A stretch of DNA of 64,000 nucleotides from Octopus sinensis (GCF_006345805.1 NC_042997.1:15562001-15626000); one strand, 5' to 3'. Shown: positions 1-15,001, numbered from the stretch's first letter. Notes: generated by a model from the sequence alone, not told the origin. Made by a program: numbers and translations.

Positions 1-548
1 TTTGGTGTGAATTAAAATTTGGGAATGTGTTTGTAATAGTAATGGATAGATAGAGGGAGGAGAGATTTGTATGATTAGAAAGAGGAGATAGGTCAAATAA
101 AAAACAGGAAGAGAATGGGAGGAAGAAGGAAAAAGAAAAAGGGAGGGAGACAGAAAAGAAATGAAGAGACAGAGAGAGAACGAAATGAAATGAGGGGGAG
201 GGGGGTTGTTAGCTAGTGGTCAGGATAAAATGATAGGAGGAAGGGAGGGGTGAGGGGGAGACAATATATTCTTTATTCCACCTCAATTTTTACTACCAAA
301 ACTAAAACCCACTCACACATCACCCTACCCTTACCTTCTCTCGACCTTTTCTATACCAATCCCTTAATGCAGCTCTATCACACCACTCTTGCTCACATAC
401 CGCCCACTCTTTTACTCCTTACCCTCTTATCTCTTTGTCTTTCTCCCCCCTCACCTCTCCCTTCCTCCTATCAATTTATCCTGACTACTAGCTAACACAC
501 CCTCATTTCCTTACTTTCTCTCTTTCTTCATTTCTTTTTTTCTCCTCT

Positions 549-1119
549 ATGTGGGCTAAACATAGAGGGATAAACAAGGACACACAAAAGGATCAATTCT
601 ATTACATCGACCCCAGTGCGTAACTGGTACTTATTTAATCGATCCCGAAACGATGAAAGGCGAAGTCGACCCCGGCGGAATTTGAACACGGAATGTAACG
701 ACAGACGAAATACCTATTTTTTTACTACCCACAAGGGGATAAACACAGAGAGGACAAACACGAACAAACAAACGGATTAAGTCGATTATATCGACCCCAG
801 TGCGTAACTGGTACTTATTTAATCGACCCCGAAAGGATGAAAGGCAAAGTCGACCTCGGCGGAATTTGAACTCAGAACGTAGCGGCAGACGAAATACCTA
901 TTTCTTTACTACCCACAACGAGATAAACACAGAGAGGACAAACACGAACAGACAAACGGATTAAGTCGATTATATTGACCCCAGTGCGTAACTGGTACTT
1001 ATTTAATCGACCCCGAAGGATGAAAGGCAAAGTCGACCTCGGCGGAATTTGAACTGACAACGAAAAGACAGACGAAATACCGCTAAACATTTCGCCCGGT
1101 GTGCTAACGTTTCTGCCAG
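549..1119 (-). mobile_element. SINE family A (tRNA-like head, CORE-like central domain): one full copy followed by two 5'-truncated copies in tandem
   Basis: Three copies of atcgaccccagtgcgtaactggtacttatttaatcgaccccgaaaggatgaaaggcaaagtcgacc. A head with A/B-box-like motifs (tggcagaaacgttagc; gttcaaattc) is present only in the copy ending at 1119. Confidence 0.9.
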
Positions 1120-1120
1120 C

Positions 1121-1128
1121 ACGCCACC

Positions 1129-1186
<58 letters not shown>

Positions 1187-1210
1187 GAAGAAGAAGAAGA
1201 AGAAGAAGAA
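1121..1210. repeat. (AAT)n followed by (AAG)n microsatellite
   Basis: Direct reading. Confidence 0.95.
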
Positions 1211-1634
1211 GATATAGTTGTCAGAGATCATGAAGAAAAAAAATGCTTTCTAATTGATGTATCAATACCGGCAGATGACAACGTGTCTCTAAAAGAAATG
1301 GAGAAACTCTCAAAATACAAAGACCTGGAAATAGAGGTAACCAGAATGTGGAATCTAAAAACAGAAACAATTCCTATCATAGTAGGTGCATTAGGCATGA
1401 TAAAAAATATTCAGACAAATTCATAACAAAAACACCAGGACTTACTTACAAACACATATAACATACAGAAAATTGCACTATTAGGCACTGCACACATCCT
1501 ACGCAGAACACTTTCCAGACAATAACCATCAGAGCATCACAACAAATCACAGCACATACCTAAGGCACACAGAGCTGCGCTCGGTAGTGAAGTGAAAGCA
1601 CGCTATAAAAATAAAACTACTGAATAATAATAAT
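1211..1634 (+). mobile_element. 5'-truncated 3' end of an R4/Dong-like non-LTR retrotransposon (restriction-like endonuclease C-terminus plus 3' UTR, AAT tail)
   Basis: The frame from 1211 reads DIVVRDHEEKKCFLIDVSIPADDNVSLKEMEKLSKYKDLEIEVTRMWNLKTETIPIIVGALG, a PD-(D/E)xK REL-type motif. It ends in ctactgAATAATAAT. A second copy lies at 22388-22787. Confidence 0.8.
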
Positions 1635-1649
1635 AAAAAGATAAAATGT

Positions 1650-2450
1650 CAAATATTTTGGTGCATGATTTTTGGCCCATCCTATATATTGTATTCAGTG
1701 TTTTGCTTGCTTCAAATGTTTGACGTATGTATATATTTTCTATCGCTAAATAATCCTTTATTTAATGTTTTCCATCTCTTGTATGGTATTTGTATGCAGT
1801 AATGGTTATATATTGCTCGTTGAGAAAAATAATTATTTTTCTTATACTTATTTCCACATCAGATCCTAGAGATATGGAACGCAATGCAGTATTTACGACT
1901 AACAGCTATAACTCATTTTCTTATCCTATAATAAATGCTGTAATAGGGCTTCCATAGAATGCATACTGTGACTGACCAGATGCAAATCAGATAATCACAG
2001 ATTTTCTTGAAGCAGCCAGTATAAATGGACATGATGTGGTGTTTACAGTTCTAATTGGTTTTCTTCATAGTTTTTGCATGGAATTCTGGAACTGAAAATA
2101 TCTTGAATTTCGATGATTAGTTTTCTCAGATGAGGAACAAGCGATATTCTATGTTGGATATAACACAGACATTTATTCTTTGATATTATTTTGAAAATGT
2201 CTTTATTTTTTGTTTCGTTAGACAATAATAATATAAGATTTTAAAGTAGTTTGATTAGAAATATTAGGATAGGATATACGATAGAGGTTTCTAATAATTA
2301 CATGTTTCTCTTGAGTTTTTAGTTTTCTTCGAATTGAAAAATTCTCTCTTGGAATGTAAAGCAATTGAAGGTAACTGCTAGATAGGAAAATGCTTGACAT
2401 TTCAGGAGTTTAGCCAGTAATAAGTATTTAGAGCATACATTTATTAATAT
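1650..2450 (-). pseudogene. Possible highly decayed Penelope-like reverse transcriptase remnant
   Basis: Only a frameshifted MG-SPI-like motif (atgg-aagccctattaca, ~1935-1960) and weak flanking motifs, with many stops. Confidence 0.25.
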
Positions 2451-2459
2451 GCAAAGATA

Positions 2460-2969
2460 CCGTAAATCCTCGAGTATAGTCCGCCCTTGATTATAATACG
2501 CAGGGGATTTTTAGGGGGCTGTACCTCTGAAAAACCTAAACCTTGCGTATAATACACACCCCTCCTCTAACTTGAGTCAAAGAGGTCTATATAACGTCAT
2601 TGGTTTGTTTAAATTTATACGGTAACGTACTTTATTATTATTGTATATATAACATAATGCAAACGTGTAGCATTTTTGTGCATTTTGTTTGCAGAAAATA
2701 AAGAAATAACAGTAATAACGTTTAATAAATGTTGCTTACTGCAAGTTATGGATGATTCTTTTATGACTTCATTGCTTTCAGGCTTAGCTTAAGGTATTTT
2801 CACGCCCGACATCACAAAATGCGTCTGAATAAACATCGCCGGACAGCAAATAGAGACTCTAACATTGCTTAGAAAATAATTATGTTTCTAACCTCGTGTA
2901 TAATACGCACTAGGGATTTTGACCATTAAATTTTGGTTAAAAATGCAGATTACACTCGAGGATTTACGG
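2460..2969. mobile_element. pogo/Tc1-mariner-type MITE, 510 bp
   Basis: TIRs ccgtaaatcctcgagtata / tacactcgaggatttacgg, TA on both sides (2458-59, 2970-71), internal repeated tataatacgca motif, no ORF. Confidence 0.85.
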
Positions 2970-3212
2970 TAAATGATAATCATTCGTGGTTGATTAGTAG
3001 AAAGAAGCAGCTAGGGATACGACTATAACTCGGAGACATTTAGAGTCTACAGGTATAACACTTCACAAGAATATGGATATATGATACATACTTGTAGGTC
3101 TGGATATAAAAGAAATTTCAGCGTCACTCGTTTATTTTATACATTATAGGAAGGACATTTATATTTTTCGATGTAATTATGAATTTGGTTTATATTTTGT
3201 ATTAATATATGT

Positions 3213-3430
3213 TTCTTTATTGCCCACAAGGGGCTAAACACAGAGGGGACAAACGGATTAAGTCGATTACTTCGACCCCAGTGCGTAACTGGTACTTAAT
3301 TTATCGACCCCGAAAGGATGAAAAGCAAAGTCGATCTCGGCGGAATTTGAGCCCAGAACGTAACGGCTGACGAAATACGGCTACGCATTTTTCCCGGCGT
3401 GCTAACGTTTCTGCCAGCTCGCCGCCTTCT
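3213..3430 (-). mobile_element. SINE family A, full length
   Basis: Head and tail present. 18-bp TSD ttttgta(t/a)taatatatgt at 3195-3212 and 3431-3448. Confidence 0.9.
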
Positions 3431-4797
3431 TTTTGTAATAATATATGTGAAGTAGATTTATATTTGTCTACATTTTGCTACAAAGGCGAATGGTCGAGTA
3501 AATAAAGGTAGTGGTTTATTTTGTTTATGAATCCAAGCCCAATGGTAGCGTTTCCTTGTATTTCGGGTATGGGGAAAGAATACTTTATTTTACTATGCCT
3601 CAGCTCATTCAGCTGTGAGGAATAAGAGCCAGATGATCTGTGATATTTTTTTGATTTTTCTGATGGCTTGTTGTGGAGGAATGGAATATTATGCCTATGG
3701 ACTTGGAAGCTCGCTGTGGCGTGGTTAATGTGCCTCCTCAACAGTGCAAGCTGATGGCTGCAAGAAAATTACAAAGATGGAAGTGATTCCAGATGGGATA
3801 CTTTATGGGCAAGAAGGACTGGGCGGAGTGACCACTACGAGATATAGGGATAGGGAGGCAACATTCTTCACTCGTCTCTCTTATTGCTACCCATTTGAAA
3901 ATGTTATCTGCAATAGGCTAGCACATTATCCTAGATTATATTTCATCTTTCAGTCCCAACACGACATGAAACCAGAGCTAAAGCAGCGGCATTCAAAGGG
4001 CTACCCCGGAACCTAGGAGACATTTATTATTCATTTATCATTTAATAATACTTTAGTGAGAGGTAAGACAGTAAGACAACGGCATGGCTGAAGAGACAAT
4101 AAAATAGATGAAAACACTGAACTATAATGATGGCTGTTTGTTCTATCTCACCGGAGAATGTAAAATAAGGTGTAACATAATAGCAGTGCTAGCAATGAAT
4201 ATAATATAAAATAGAGGCGATATTTAACGCTGTTGTCATTGATCGTCGCCATTGTAGCAGAAGTGATGACAACTTTATAGACGGAAATCACTGCGTAGTT
4301 TGTGGTAAGTCTAGAATTAGGGATGCTGCTTTTTGACACTAACTATTGTAATAGTATTGAACTTGTAGCGTGCCTGTAGCAATATCATTATTGTGTTTTA
4401 CTATGGCACTGTTAACACTTTATGCTGTGAATGTTCCCGTAGAAGGGCGCGAAAATTGAGCCAAGTTTAGTTTGTTGATGATAGTGATGGCGGGAAGATT
4501 ATAATAACGCCTCATATCGCAGTTATAGCAGCATTAGATGATGAAAACAACTGGCGGAGGTGTGCTTTCTATTGATTCACCTCATCCAAATAATTTGTTT
4601 TCTCTCTTCAAGTCTTCTCCTTCTCCTCCATTATTCTAAGTTGCTCTTCCTCCTTTTTCACATTCCCTCTGGGTTAATGGAAGTGGCGTGTGTATCGGAG
4701 GTGGGGGTTTGTTTTACACCTTTTCTCCTGCCATAAATTCATACGTTGACTACTATTAATCAGAACAGTCATTTTTATAAACTACCTTTGTACACCT

Positions 4798-4799
<2 letters not shown>

Positions 4800-4882
<83 letters not shown>

Positions 4883-4883
4883 A

Positions 4884-4920
<37 letters not shown>

Positions 4921-4969
4921 GTCTGTCTATATGTCTGTCTATCTATCTATCTATCTATCTGTCTGTCTA

Positions 4970-5030
<61 letters not shown>

Positions 5031-5125
5031 TATCTATCTATTATCTGTCTGTCTATATGTCTGTCTATCTATCTATCTATCTGTCTGTCTATCTGTCTGT
5101 CTGTCTGTCGTCTGTCTGTCTGTCT

Positions 5126-5218
<93 letters not shown>

Positions 5219-5322
5219 GTCTGTCTACCTATCTACCCAGGTACCTATGTTCCTACCTACCTACCTACATACATACATACCCACCCATCCATCCATCCAT
5301 ACATCCATCCATCCATCCATCC

Positions 5323-5360
<38 letters not shown>
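4800..5360. repeat. Compound (ATCT)n/(GTCT)n/(CATC)n microsatellite
   Basis: Direct reading. It explains the YLSI/LSVC ORFs. Confidence 0.95.
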
Positions 5361-5361
<1 letters not shown>

Positions 5362-5509
5362 AAACAATCTTATTCTCCCTCTGTACTGTGTCGTGTGATA
5401 CCTCATTCTCTTTCCCAGTCTTACCTCCAGTATCACCAACATCCCCTCTAATTTTTATCTTCCCCTTCTATATCCACTTTTACTCTTCTTGCTCACCTCA
5501 TTATCTCTT

Positions 5510-5519
5510 CCACCTTCTC

Positions 5520-5588
<69 letters not shown>

Positions 5589-6295
5589 CAGTCTACCCCG
5601 CTCTCTATTTGTCTGAGTGTCTATTTCTCACTCCATCTCTCTTCTACCCTCTCCTCTACCTCTCTCACACGCTCGTTCTTTCTTTCTTTCATTCCATAGT
5701 TTTACCAAACAAAACATTTCGTTTCCTTCCTTCTATATCTGTACGTTATTTATTTCTCTACATATATCTTACCTCTTCCCTGACTCTCATAATTTTCCAC
5801 TTTCTCTTTCTCCCTCTCTTCCTCTTCCTCTCTCTCTTTCTTTCTTTCTCTCTCTCTCTCCCTTTCCCTCTCTTTCTCTCTCTCTCTCTCACTCATGCAC
5901 TCTTTTACGTAGTCTCTCTTCTTTCTTCTATTGCTCAATCGATTTTGCGTTTTCCCAGTGTTCGCTTCTGAATGCACGTGCGTTAGGGTGATGATGATGA
6001 TGATGATGATGATGACGACGATAATGACGATGGTGATCATAATGCTGACGATGACGACGACGACGATGATGATGAGGAGGAGGAGGAAGTAGAGGAGGGG
6101 AAGAGGAGTAAAAGAGGAAGAGGTGGTTCGTCTTCTCATCACCATCATCATTATTGCTGCTGCTGCTGCTGCTACTACTACTACTACAACTACAACTACA
6201 ACTACAACTACAACTACTACTACTACTACTACCACCACTACTACTACTACTACACTACTACTACTACAACTACTACTACTACTACTACTACTACA

Positions 6296-6386
<91 letters not shown>

Positions 6387-6631
6387 AGTATCCGTTGCTT
6401 TGTTGTTTTCGTTGTTCTTTTTGTTGTTGCTGTTCGTGTAGTTGTTATCGATGTTATTATTGTTAATATTTTGTTATTTATTTCAGCTGTGACTCTTGTA
6501 TTTTTTTTTCATCTTTGTGGAATTTGCTTTTGCTCTTTCGTAACGACACCAAAAACAAAAACAACAAAAAGAGCAACAACAAACAACGGCGATAGTAACG
6601 CTTCTTTATTATTGTTGTTATTATTTTCACC

Positions 6632-6671
<40 letters not shown>

Positions 6672-6740
6672 GTTGTTATTATTATGACTATGTGTTTATC
6701 ATGTTCACCCCCCCACCACCACCACCGTGGTTGACGTCGT
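5510..6740. repeat. (CT)n tracts followed by mosaic triplet repeats (GAT, GAC, GCT, ACT, ATT)
   Basis: Direct reading. Confidence 0.9.
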
Positions 6741-6884
6741 CGTTATCACCGTCATTATAATCACAACCACCATTATATCATGAGAATCATCATAAAGATG
6801 TAATTAACCATCATCATCATCATCGTCGTTGTTTTATTGGCAGAATCATTAGATCATCAGAAAACAATCTTGCAATATTTGTAC

Positions 6885-7835
6885 CGGCTCTTTATTTTCC
6901 GCGTTCGAATCCTATCGACGTTCAACTTCACCTTTCAGCCCTTCCGCGGTCGATAGAGTAAAGTACTTGTCAAGTATTAGGATCGAAGAAATCGTACTCA
7001 CTATAGGTACTATACTTGAAAAAAATGCGCATTCAGTTTGTTCGACAAAAAGCTTTCAAGACAGTGTCCAATATGGCCGCTATCGAGTGACTGAAACAAG
7101 TAAGATATCCTTTCTACTCTAGGCACAAAGCCTGAAATTTTAAGAGATGGGGTTAGTCGATTGCATCGACCCTCAGTGCTCAACTGGTACTTATTTCATT
7201 GACGATGGAAGGATGAAAGACAAAGTCGACTTCGGATAAATATTTTGTCCGGCGTGCCAATGATTCTATGAGCTCGCCGCTTTGATTCTGTTAAGGATAA
7301 CTGACGCAATGGCCCAGTGGTTAGGGCATTGGATTCGCGGTTTCGATTCTCAGACCGGGCGTTGTGAATGTTTACTGAGTAAAAACACCTATAGCTCCAC
7401 GAAGTTCCGCAGGGTGTAGTGAAGGCTGCTGTACTCTTTATAAAAGGCGGTGCTCCACCATGGCCACAGTAAAAGTATAAAAGAGTAAAAGAGGCATAAC
7501 GTCAACAATTTGGGACAGGCGGCTGGTCGATTAAATCGCCCTCAGTACTTGCACTTTTCTGTATCGACTCCCGAATGATAGCACATCGGACAAACTACTT
7601 CAGGGCGTTTCTTCCAGCTGTAATTTTGAGTTCAAATTCTGCCGAGGTAAACGTTGCCTTCCATCCTTGGAGGCGGGGTCGATAAAATAAGTACCAGTTA
7701 AACACAGGTGTCGATATAGTAGATTTAACAGAGGCGCGTGGCTTAGTGGTTAGGGTGTTGGATTCATGATCGTAAAATTGTGGTTTCGATTCCTGGACCG
7801 GGCGATGCGTTGTGTTCTTGAGCAAAGCACTTCAT
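6885..7835. mobile_element. Cluster of degraded and partial SINE fragments (families A, B, C)
   Basis: Fragments include ggaaggatgaaagacaaagtcgac, tggcccagtggttagggc, taaaaggcggtgctccaccatggccacagt and gagttcaaattctgccgagg. Confidence 0.7.
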
Positions 7836-7848
7836 TTTGCGTTTTGAT

Positions 7849-8061
7849 GGCGGCGAGTTGGCAGAATCGCTAGCACGCCGGTATTTCGTCTGCAGTTACG
7901 TTCTGAGTTCAAATTCTGCCAAGGTCGGTTTTGCCTTACATCCTTTCGGGGTCGATTAAATAAGTACCAGTTATGCACAGGGTCGATATAATAGACTTAA
8001 TCCCTTTGTCTGTCCTTGTTTGTCCCTCTACGTTTAGCCGCTTGTGGGCAATAAAGAAATA
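7849..8061 (+). mobile_element. SINE family A
   Basis: Runs from ggcggcgagttggcagaatcgctagc to cttgtgggcaataaagaaata. Confidence 0.85.
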
Positions 8062-8334
8062 CATATAATGAATTTACACCCTCCCCGAAGTTGCTCGCCT
8101 TGTGCCATTGCTGGCAGAACCAAGGCAGTCAGCACATGAGATCTTTAGAGCGCCGAAAAAAATTTCTTGTGGTACTGCTTGCAAGTTTTGAGTTTAAATT
8201 TCGTTGAGGGTAACTTTATCTGTTATCCTTTTTGGGTCGATAAAATAAGTATCAATCGAGCATTCGGGTAGATGTAATCGACTTGTCCCGCCTCACAAAT
8301 TGCTGGCCTTATGTCAAAATTTTTTATTATTTAT

Positions 8335-8638
8335 ATGCCCTTTTCAAGCCTAACCAGGCTCATGGGCCCGGTTTCCCGGTTTCTATGGCGTATGTGTTCC
8401 CCCCAGCTGGACGGGACACCAGTCCATCGCAGCGTTACTCAAGAAACAGGAAGAAAGAGTGAGAGAAATTTGGGGCCGAAAGAGTACAACAGGGATCGCC
8501 ACCACCCCCTGCTGGAGCCTCGTGGAGCTTTTAGGTGTTTTCGCTCAATAAACACACACAACGTCCGGTCTGGGAATCGAAATCGCGATCCTCCGACCGT
8601 GAGTCCGCTGCCCTAACCACTGGGCCATTGCGCCTCCA
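8335..8638 (-). mobile_element. SINE family B (tRNA head), tail type 3
   Basis: Reverse-strand head tggaggcgcaatggcccagtggttagggcagcggactc with B-box ggtttcgattccc. Tail ctgcgatggactggtgtcccgtccagc...gaaaccgggaaaccgg. Confidence 0.85.
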
Positions 8639-9393
8639 ATATGTCACAATTAGAAAGATTATTATTGGAACAGGACCAAGTTGGTGAGCTTGCAGAATCG
8701 CTAGAGCATCAGAAAAATTCTTTGTGGCATTCCTTCTAGCTTTACATTCTGAGTTCAAATCCCGCCGATGTCGACTTTGCCTTTATCCTTTTGGGGTCGA
8801 CGAAATAAGTACCAGTTGACTAGTGAGTTTGATGTAGTCGACTTTCCCCTTCACCCCATATTTTAGGCTTTGTACTTATAGTAGAGAAAATTATTATTAT
8901 TATAATCGTTATCATCATTATTTCCCCCACCGTACCTATTATCATTATCATCACCACCACCACCACCGTCATTATCTCATCATCCTTACAATTCTTCACT
9001 CCCTCCTTTCCTCTCAGTTTCCCTCATCTCACCCTTCCTCTCACTCCTCCTCATCATCTGTACTTCTTCCCTTTATTTGTTTATATAGCAGTTTCGTTGT
9101 TGTTTTTGTTTCTTTTATTGTTGTCGAAATAGCTTTTGTTGTCATATTTTGTTGACTTTCCACTTTTTTCCCCTACTACCCCCCTCTCTCTTTTCTTTCA
9201 TTCATTTTTCATTAACGTTTTCTTTCTTCCTTTTTATGCTTTTTTTATCTTACGCTTCTTTCACTTTTTCCTTCTCATTTTCCTTTCCTTTTCTCTTTTT
9301 TTTGTTTGTTTGTTTGTTTGTTCAATGCAATAATCGTTGTTTTCTGTGTCAGCAGATTAGCTAAATAGTGGTGAATTAGTGCAAATATAAATA

Positions 9394-9988
<595 letters not shown>

Positions 9989-9995
9989 TAAATGT

Positions 9996-10680
9996 GCCTG
10001 GTTCCGAGTTCCACTCCGTGGCACCTTTAGGCAAGCGTCTTCTACTATAGCCCGAGGTCGACCAAAGCCTTGTGAGCGGATTTGGCAGACGGAAACTGAA
10101 AGGAGCCCATCGTAGGTATATATTTATATAACTATTACAGAAAAACAAAGACGAAGACAGGTGTGCGTGTGTGTGTGTGTGTGTGTGTTTGTGCGTCTGT
10201 GTTTGTCCTCCATCATCGCTTAACAACCGATGTTGGTGTGTTTACGTCCCCGTAACTTAGCGGTTCTGCAAAAGTGACTAGGCTTACAAAGAATATGTCC
10301 TAGGGTCGATGTGTTCGACTATATATAGAGTTCCCTCTCACTGCGTGACATCTTAGACAAGTTTCCCCTACTATAGGGCCGACCAAAGCTTTGTGAGTGG
10401 AGTTAGTAGACGGAAATTGAAAGAGGCCCGTCGTATATATATATATATGTGTGTGTGTCCGTGTGTGTATGCGCGCGCGCGAGCGTGTATGTGTATTTGT
10501 GTCTGTGTTTCCCCCCACCATCACTTGACAACCGATGTTGGTGTGTTTACGCCCTGTAACTTAGCGGTTCAGCAAAAGAGACCAATAGAATAAGTACTAG
10601 GCTTACAAAGAATAAGTTCTGGGGTCGATTTGTTCGACCAAAGGCGGTGCTCCAGAAACAACTAAAAGAATAAAAGAATA
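9996..10680 (+). mobile_element. Two partial SINE family C copies in tandem
   Basis: Both contain ccgaccaaagccttgtgag(t/c)ggatttgg.agacggaaactgaaag, an internal (TA)n(TG)n tract and aaccgatgttggtgtgtttacg...cttagcggtt. Confidence 0.8.
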
Positions 10681-10728
10681 AATAAATATATATAGATAGA
10701 TAATAGATATGTATGTTTCTATATATAT

Positions 10729-10796
<68 letters not shown>

Positions 10797-10797
10797 T

Positions 10798-11192
10798 ACT
10801 CTCTTTACTCTTTTATATGTTTCAGTCATTTGACTGCGGCCATGCTGGAGCACCGCCTTTAGTCGAGCAAATCGACCCCGGAACTTATTCTTTGTAAGCC
10901 CAGTACTTATTCTATCGGTCTCTTTTGCCGAACCGCTAAGTAACGGGGACGTAAGCATACCAGCATCGGTTGTCAAGCAATGCTAGGGGGACAAACAGAC
11001 ACACACACACACATATATATATATATACATATATACGACAGGCTTCTTTCAGTTTCCATCTACCAAATCCACTCACAAGGCATTGGTCGGCTCGGGGCTA
11101 TAGCAGAAGCCACTTGCCCAAGATGCCACGCAGTGGGACTGAACCCGGAACCATGTGGTTGGTTAGCAAGCTACTTACCACACAGCCACTCC
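10798..11192 (-). mobile_element. SINE family C, near full length, with internal (TA)n/(CA)n and (TAAAAGAG)n tail
   Basis: Head ggagtggctgtgtggtaagtagcttgct...ggttccgggttcagtcccac. Tail aaaggcggtgctccagcatggccgcagtcaaatgactgaaaca. Confidence 0.9.
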
Positions 11193-11606
11193 ATATGATA
11201 ATAAATGCCAGAACGAATTTCTGTGTGTCAGTGTGCTACACTTTGACCCCCTCTCTCACTATTCAATGACACTTCAACTATTCCTCATGTTGGGGTGAGA
11301 GAAATAGTAGGCATAGAGACGGTGAGGGCGGTAGTAGTTTGACTGTTGTGATGGTAGTGGGTTGATAGAATATTATGAGCAGTAGTTGTGATACATGCGG
11401 AGGTGACGGTGGCGATGGTGGTGGTGTTGGTGGTCAGGGATGACGGTGATAGTAAGCGATGTGAAAGACAGTGGTATTGGTGGTGGAAGAGAAGGTGGCG
11501 AAATCAAAGGTACTGATGGTGGTGGCTTCAAAAGTCTGAATGGTGTATGTATGGCAGTTGTGGTTGTGAGGGTGGTGGTACTGGTAATGGTTGAAAACAA
11601 TCAACA

Positions 11607-11653
<47 letters not shown>

Positions 11654-12024
11654 TGAGAGAGAGAGAAAGAAGGAAAGAGGTCAGATAGAAAAAAGAATCG
11701 TAATGACCCTTCAATGGGAAGACAAAGATGTTGTTTCTCATGCAGCTTTGCAATAAGTTCCAAGTCGACAAATTATATCATTGCTTTGATGATAATTGTT
11801 CATTGGTTGAAAAATATTGGTCAAGTTTAATAAAATTTAAAATGCACTCAATGTATGAAGAGTCATTGTTGTGCCCAACAATGACTCAATGTATAAAGAG
11901 TCATTGTTGTGCCCAACAATTGTATTAAGTAATTCTCATAGACTTTCAAATATATATATATAAACGAACAGTAAGCATTTCTAATGGCGTCTGAGATTTA
12001 TATATATATATATATATATATATA

Positions 12025-12341
12025 CTCTTTTTTACTCTTTTACTTGTTTCAGTCATATGACTGCGGCCCTGCTGGAGCACCGTCTTTGGGTGGACAAACA
12101 CACACACACACACATACAAACACACACACATACACACACACACATACACACACACACACACACACACAAACACACATTTATATATATATACATATATACA
12201 ACAGGCTTCTTTCAGTTTCTGTCTACCAAATCCACTCACAAGGCTTTGGTCGACCCGAGGCTATAGTAGAAGACACTTGCCGAAGGTGCCACGCAGTGGG
12301 ACTGATCCTAGAACCATGTGGCTGGTAAGCAAGCTACTTAC
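12025..12341 (-). mobile_element. SINE family C with internal deletion
   Basis: The tail joins directly to the (CA)n tract, followed by the head module. Confidence 0.8.
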
Positions 12342-12357
12342 TTTTACTTGTTTCAGC

Positions 12358-12440
12358 TTAGCGCTTTCTCCCATTTTGGTGGGGTTTTCAAATCAAACTG
12401 TTTGATTTGAAAACCCCACTAGAATAGGAGAAAGCGCTAA
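12358..12440. other. 83-nt near-perfect palindrome (hairpin or tiny MITE)
   Basis: ttagcgctttctcc-cattttg-gtggggttttcaaatcaaac-t-gtttgatttgaaaaccccac-tagaata-ggagaaagcgctaa. Confidence 0.9.
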
Positions 12441-12534
12441 TGATTTAAGTGATATAATATATATAAAAAATGTAATATACAAATAAATCTGTAAATATAA
12501 ACCATCCGATTTTCTGAGTACCTCATTTCTTCTA

Positions 12535-12596
<62 letters not shown>

Positions 12597-12954
12597 TGTA
12601 TGCGTGTGCGTTACGTACACACAACAACACACACACACTCATATATATATATATATATATAATATATATATATTATGTGTGTGTGTGTGTGTTGTGTATG
12701 TATGTATCATAGCAACCATAGCAACCACCTCAAAGAATATCCCAACTGTAACCTAAGCCATGATTCTGTATCACCATCGCTTTCACTAACAACACGAATC
12801 AGCACGAGAGTCTCTACGTGGTCGATCGATGAGCTGGAAATAGCAACCAAGTGTCTTTAGAATAACATTCCAGCGTCTTAGAAAAGGACGGTCTGGTCAC
12901 ATCTGGATTATCGTTGATCTTAGGCCAGTTTGATTAAGGCTGAATTGGGGTCCT

Positions 12955-12997
12955 AAACAACAACTACTACTACTACTACTACTACTGCTACTGCTGC

Positions 12998-13088
<91 letters not shown>

Positions 13089-13345
13089 GTTGCTGGTGCT
13101 GCTACGCCCTTAACCACCGCCTCAGCCACCATAGTTGGCTTAACATGTGCAAGTTTTCGATAAATGGAGGTAGTAGCGCTGAAGAAGGCGATGGTGTTGG
13201 TGATGGTTGTAGTGGTAGTGGTGGGAAAAAAGGTAGTGATGCGTTGTGGTAGTGTTGTTGTTGGTGGTGCTATTGGTGTGACAGTGACGGTGAGGATGTT
13301 GGTGGTGGAGGTGGTGGTGGTGGTTGTCCTGATGGTAGTGATGGT
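12955..13345. repeat. Triplet mosaic (ACT/GCT/GTT, then GGT/GAT)
   Basis: Direct reading. Confidence 0.85.
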
Positions 13346-13679
13346 GTCACCGAGAAAATTTCGGTGAGGTATCACTGCACTACGGATGTATGAACAGAGG
13401 CTGTCTTACTTCACCGTCCCCTTCCAACTGCATCACCATCACCTCCACCCTTTTCACATACACAATAAAATCCACTCCCCCTCACCACCGCCATCATCAC
13501 TGCTCAGCTCAGCAGTCTGCTCAAATCCGCCATATTTGCTTGGCTCGTCCCATGGCTATCAATTTTATCATGTTGTACATGCATGTCAGAGATGAATGGC
13601 AATTCCAAATATGTAAGTATAAACATGGATAAATATATAAACAAATACACTAAAATTTATGTACATGCATGTATGTACG

Positions 13680-15001
<1,322 letters not shown>

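Noticed and set aside
3478-4016. Two adjacent ORFs with ordinary-looking composition
   Set aside because: No recognisable motif. Only a faint resemblance to Penelope-type RT C-terminal sequence on the minus strand, too weak to call.
4746-6734. Long ORFs of 150-317 aa (YLSI, LSVC, poly-L/T/V)
   Set aside because: Read-through of tetra- and trinucleotide microsatellites, with no domain or coding complexity. The same applies to most ORFs in the supplied track.
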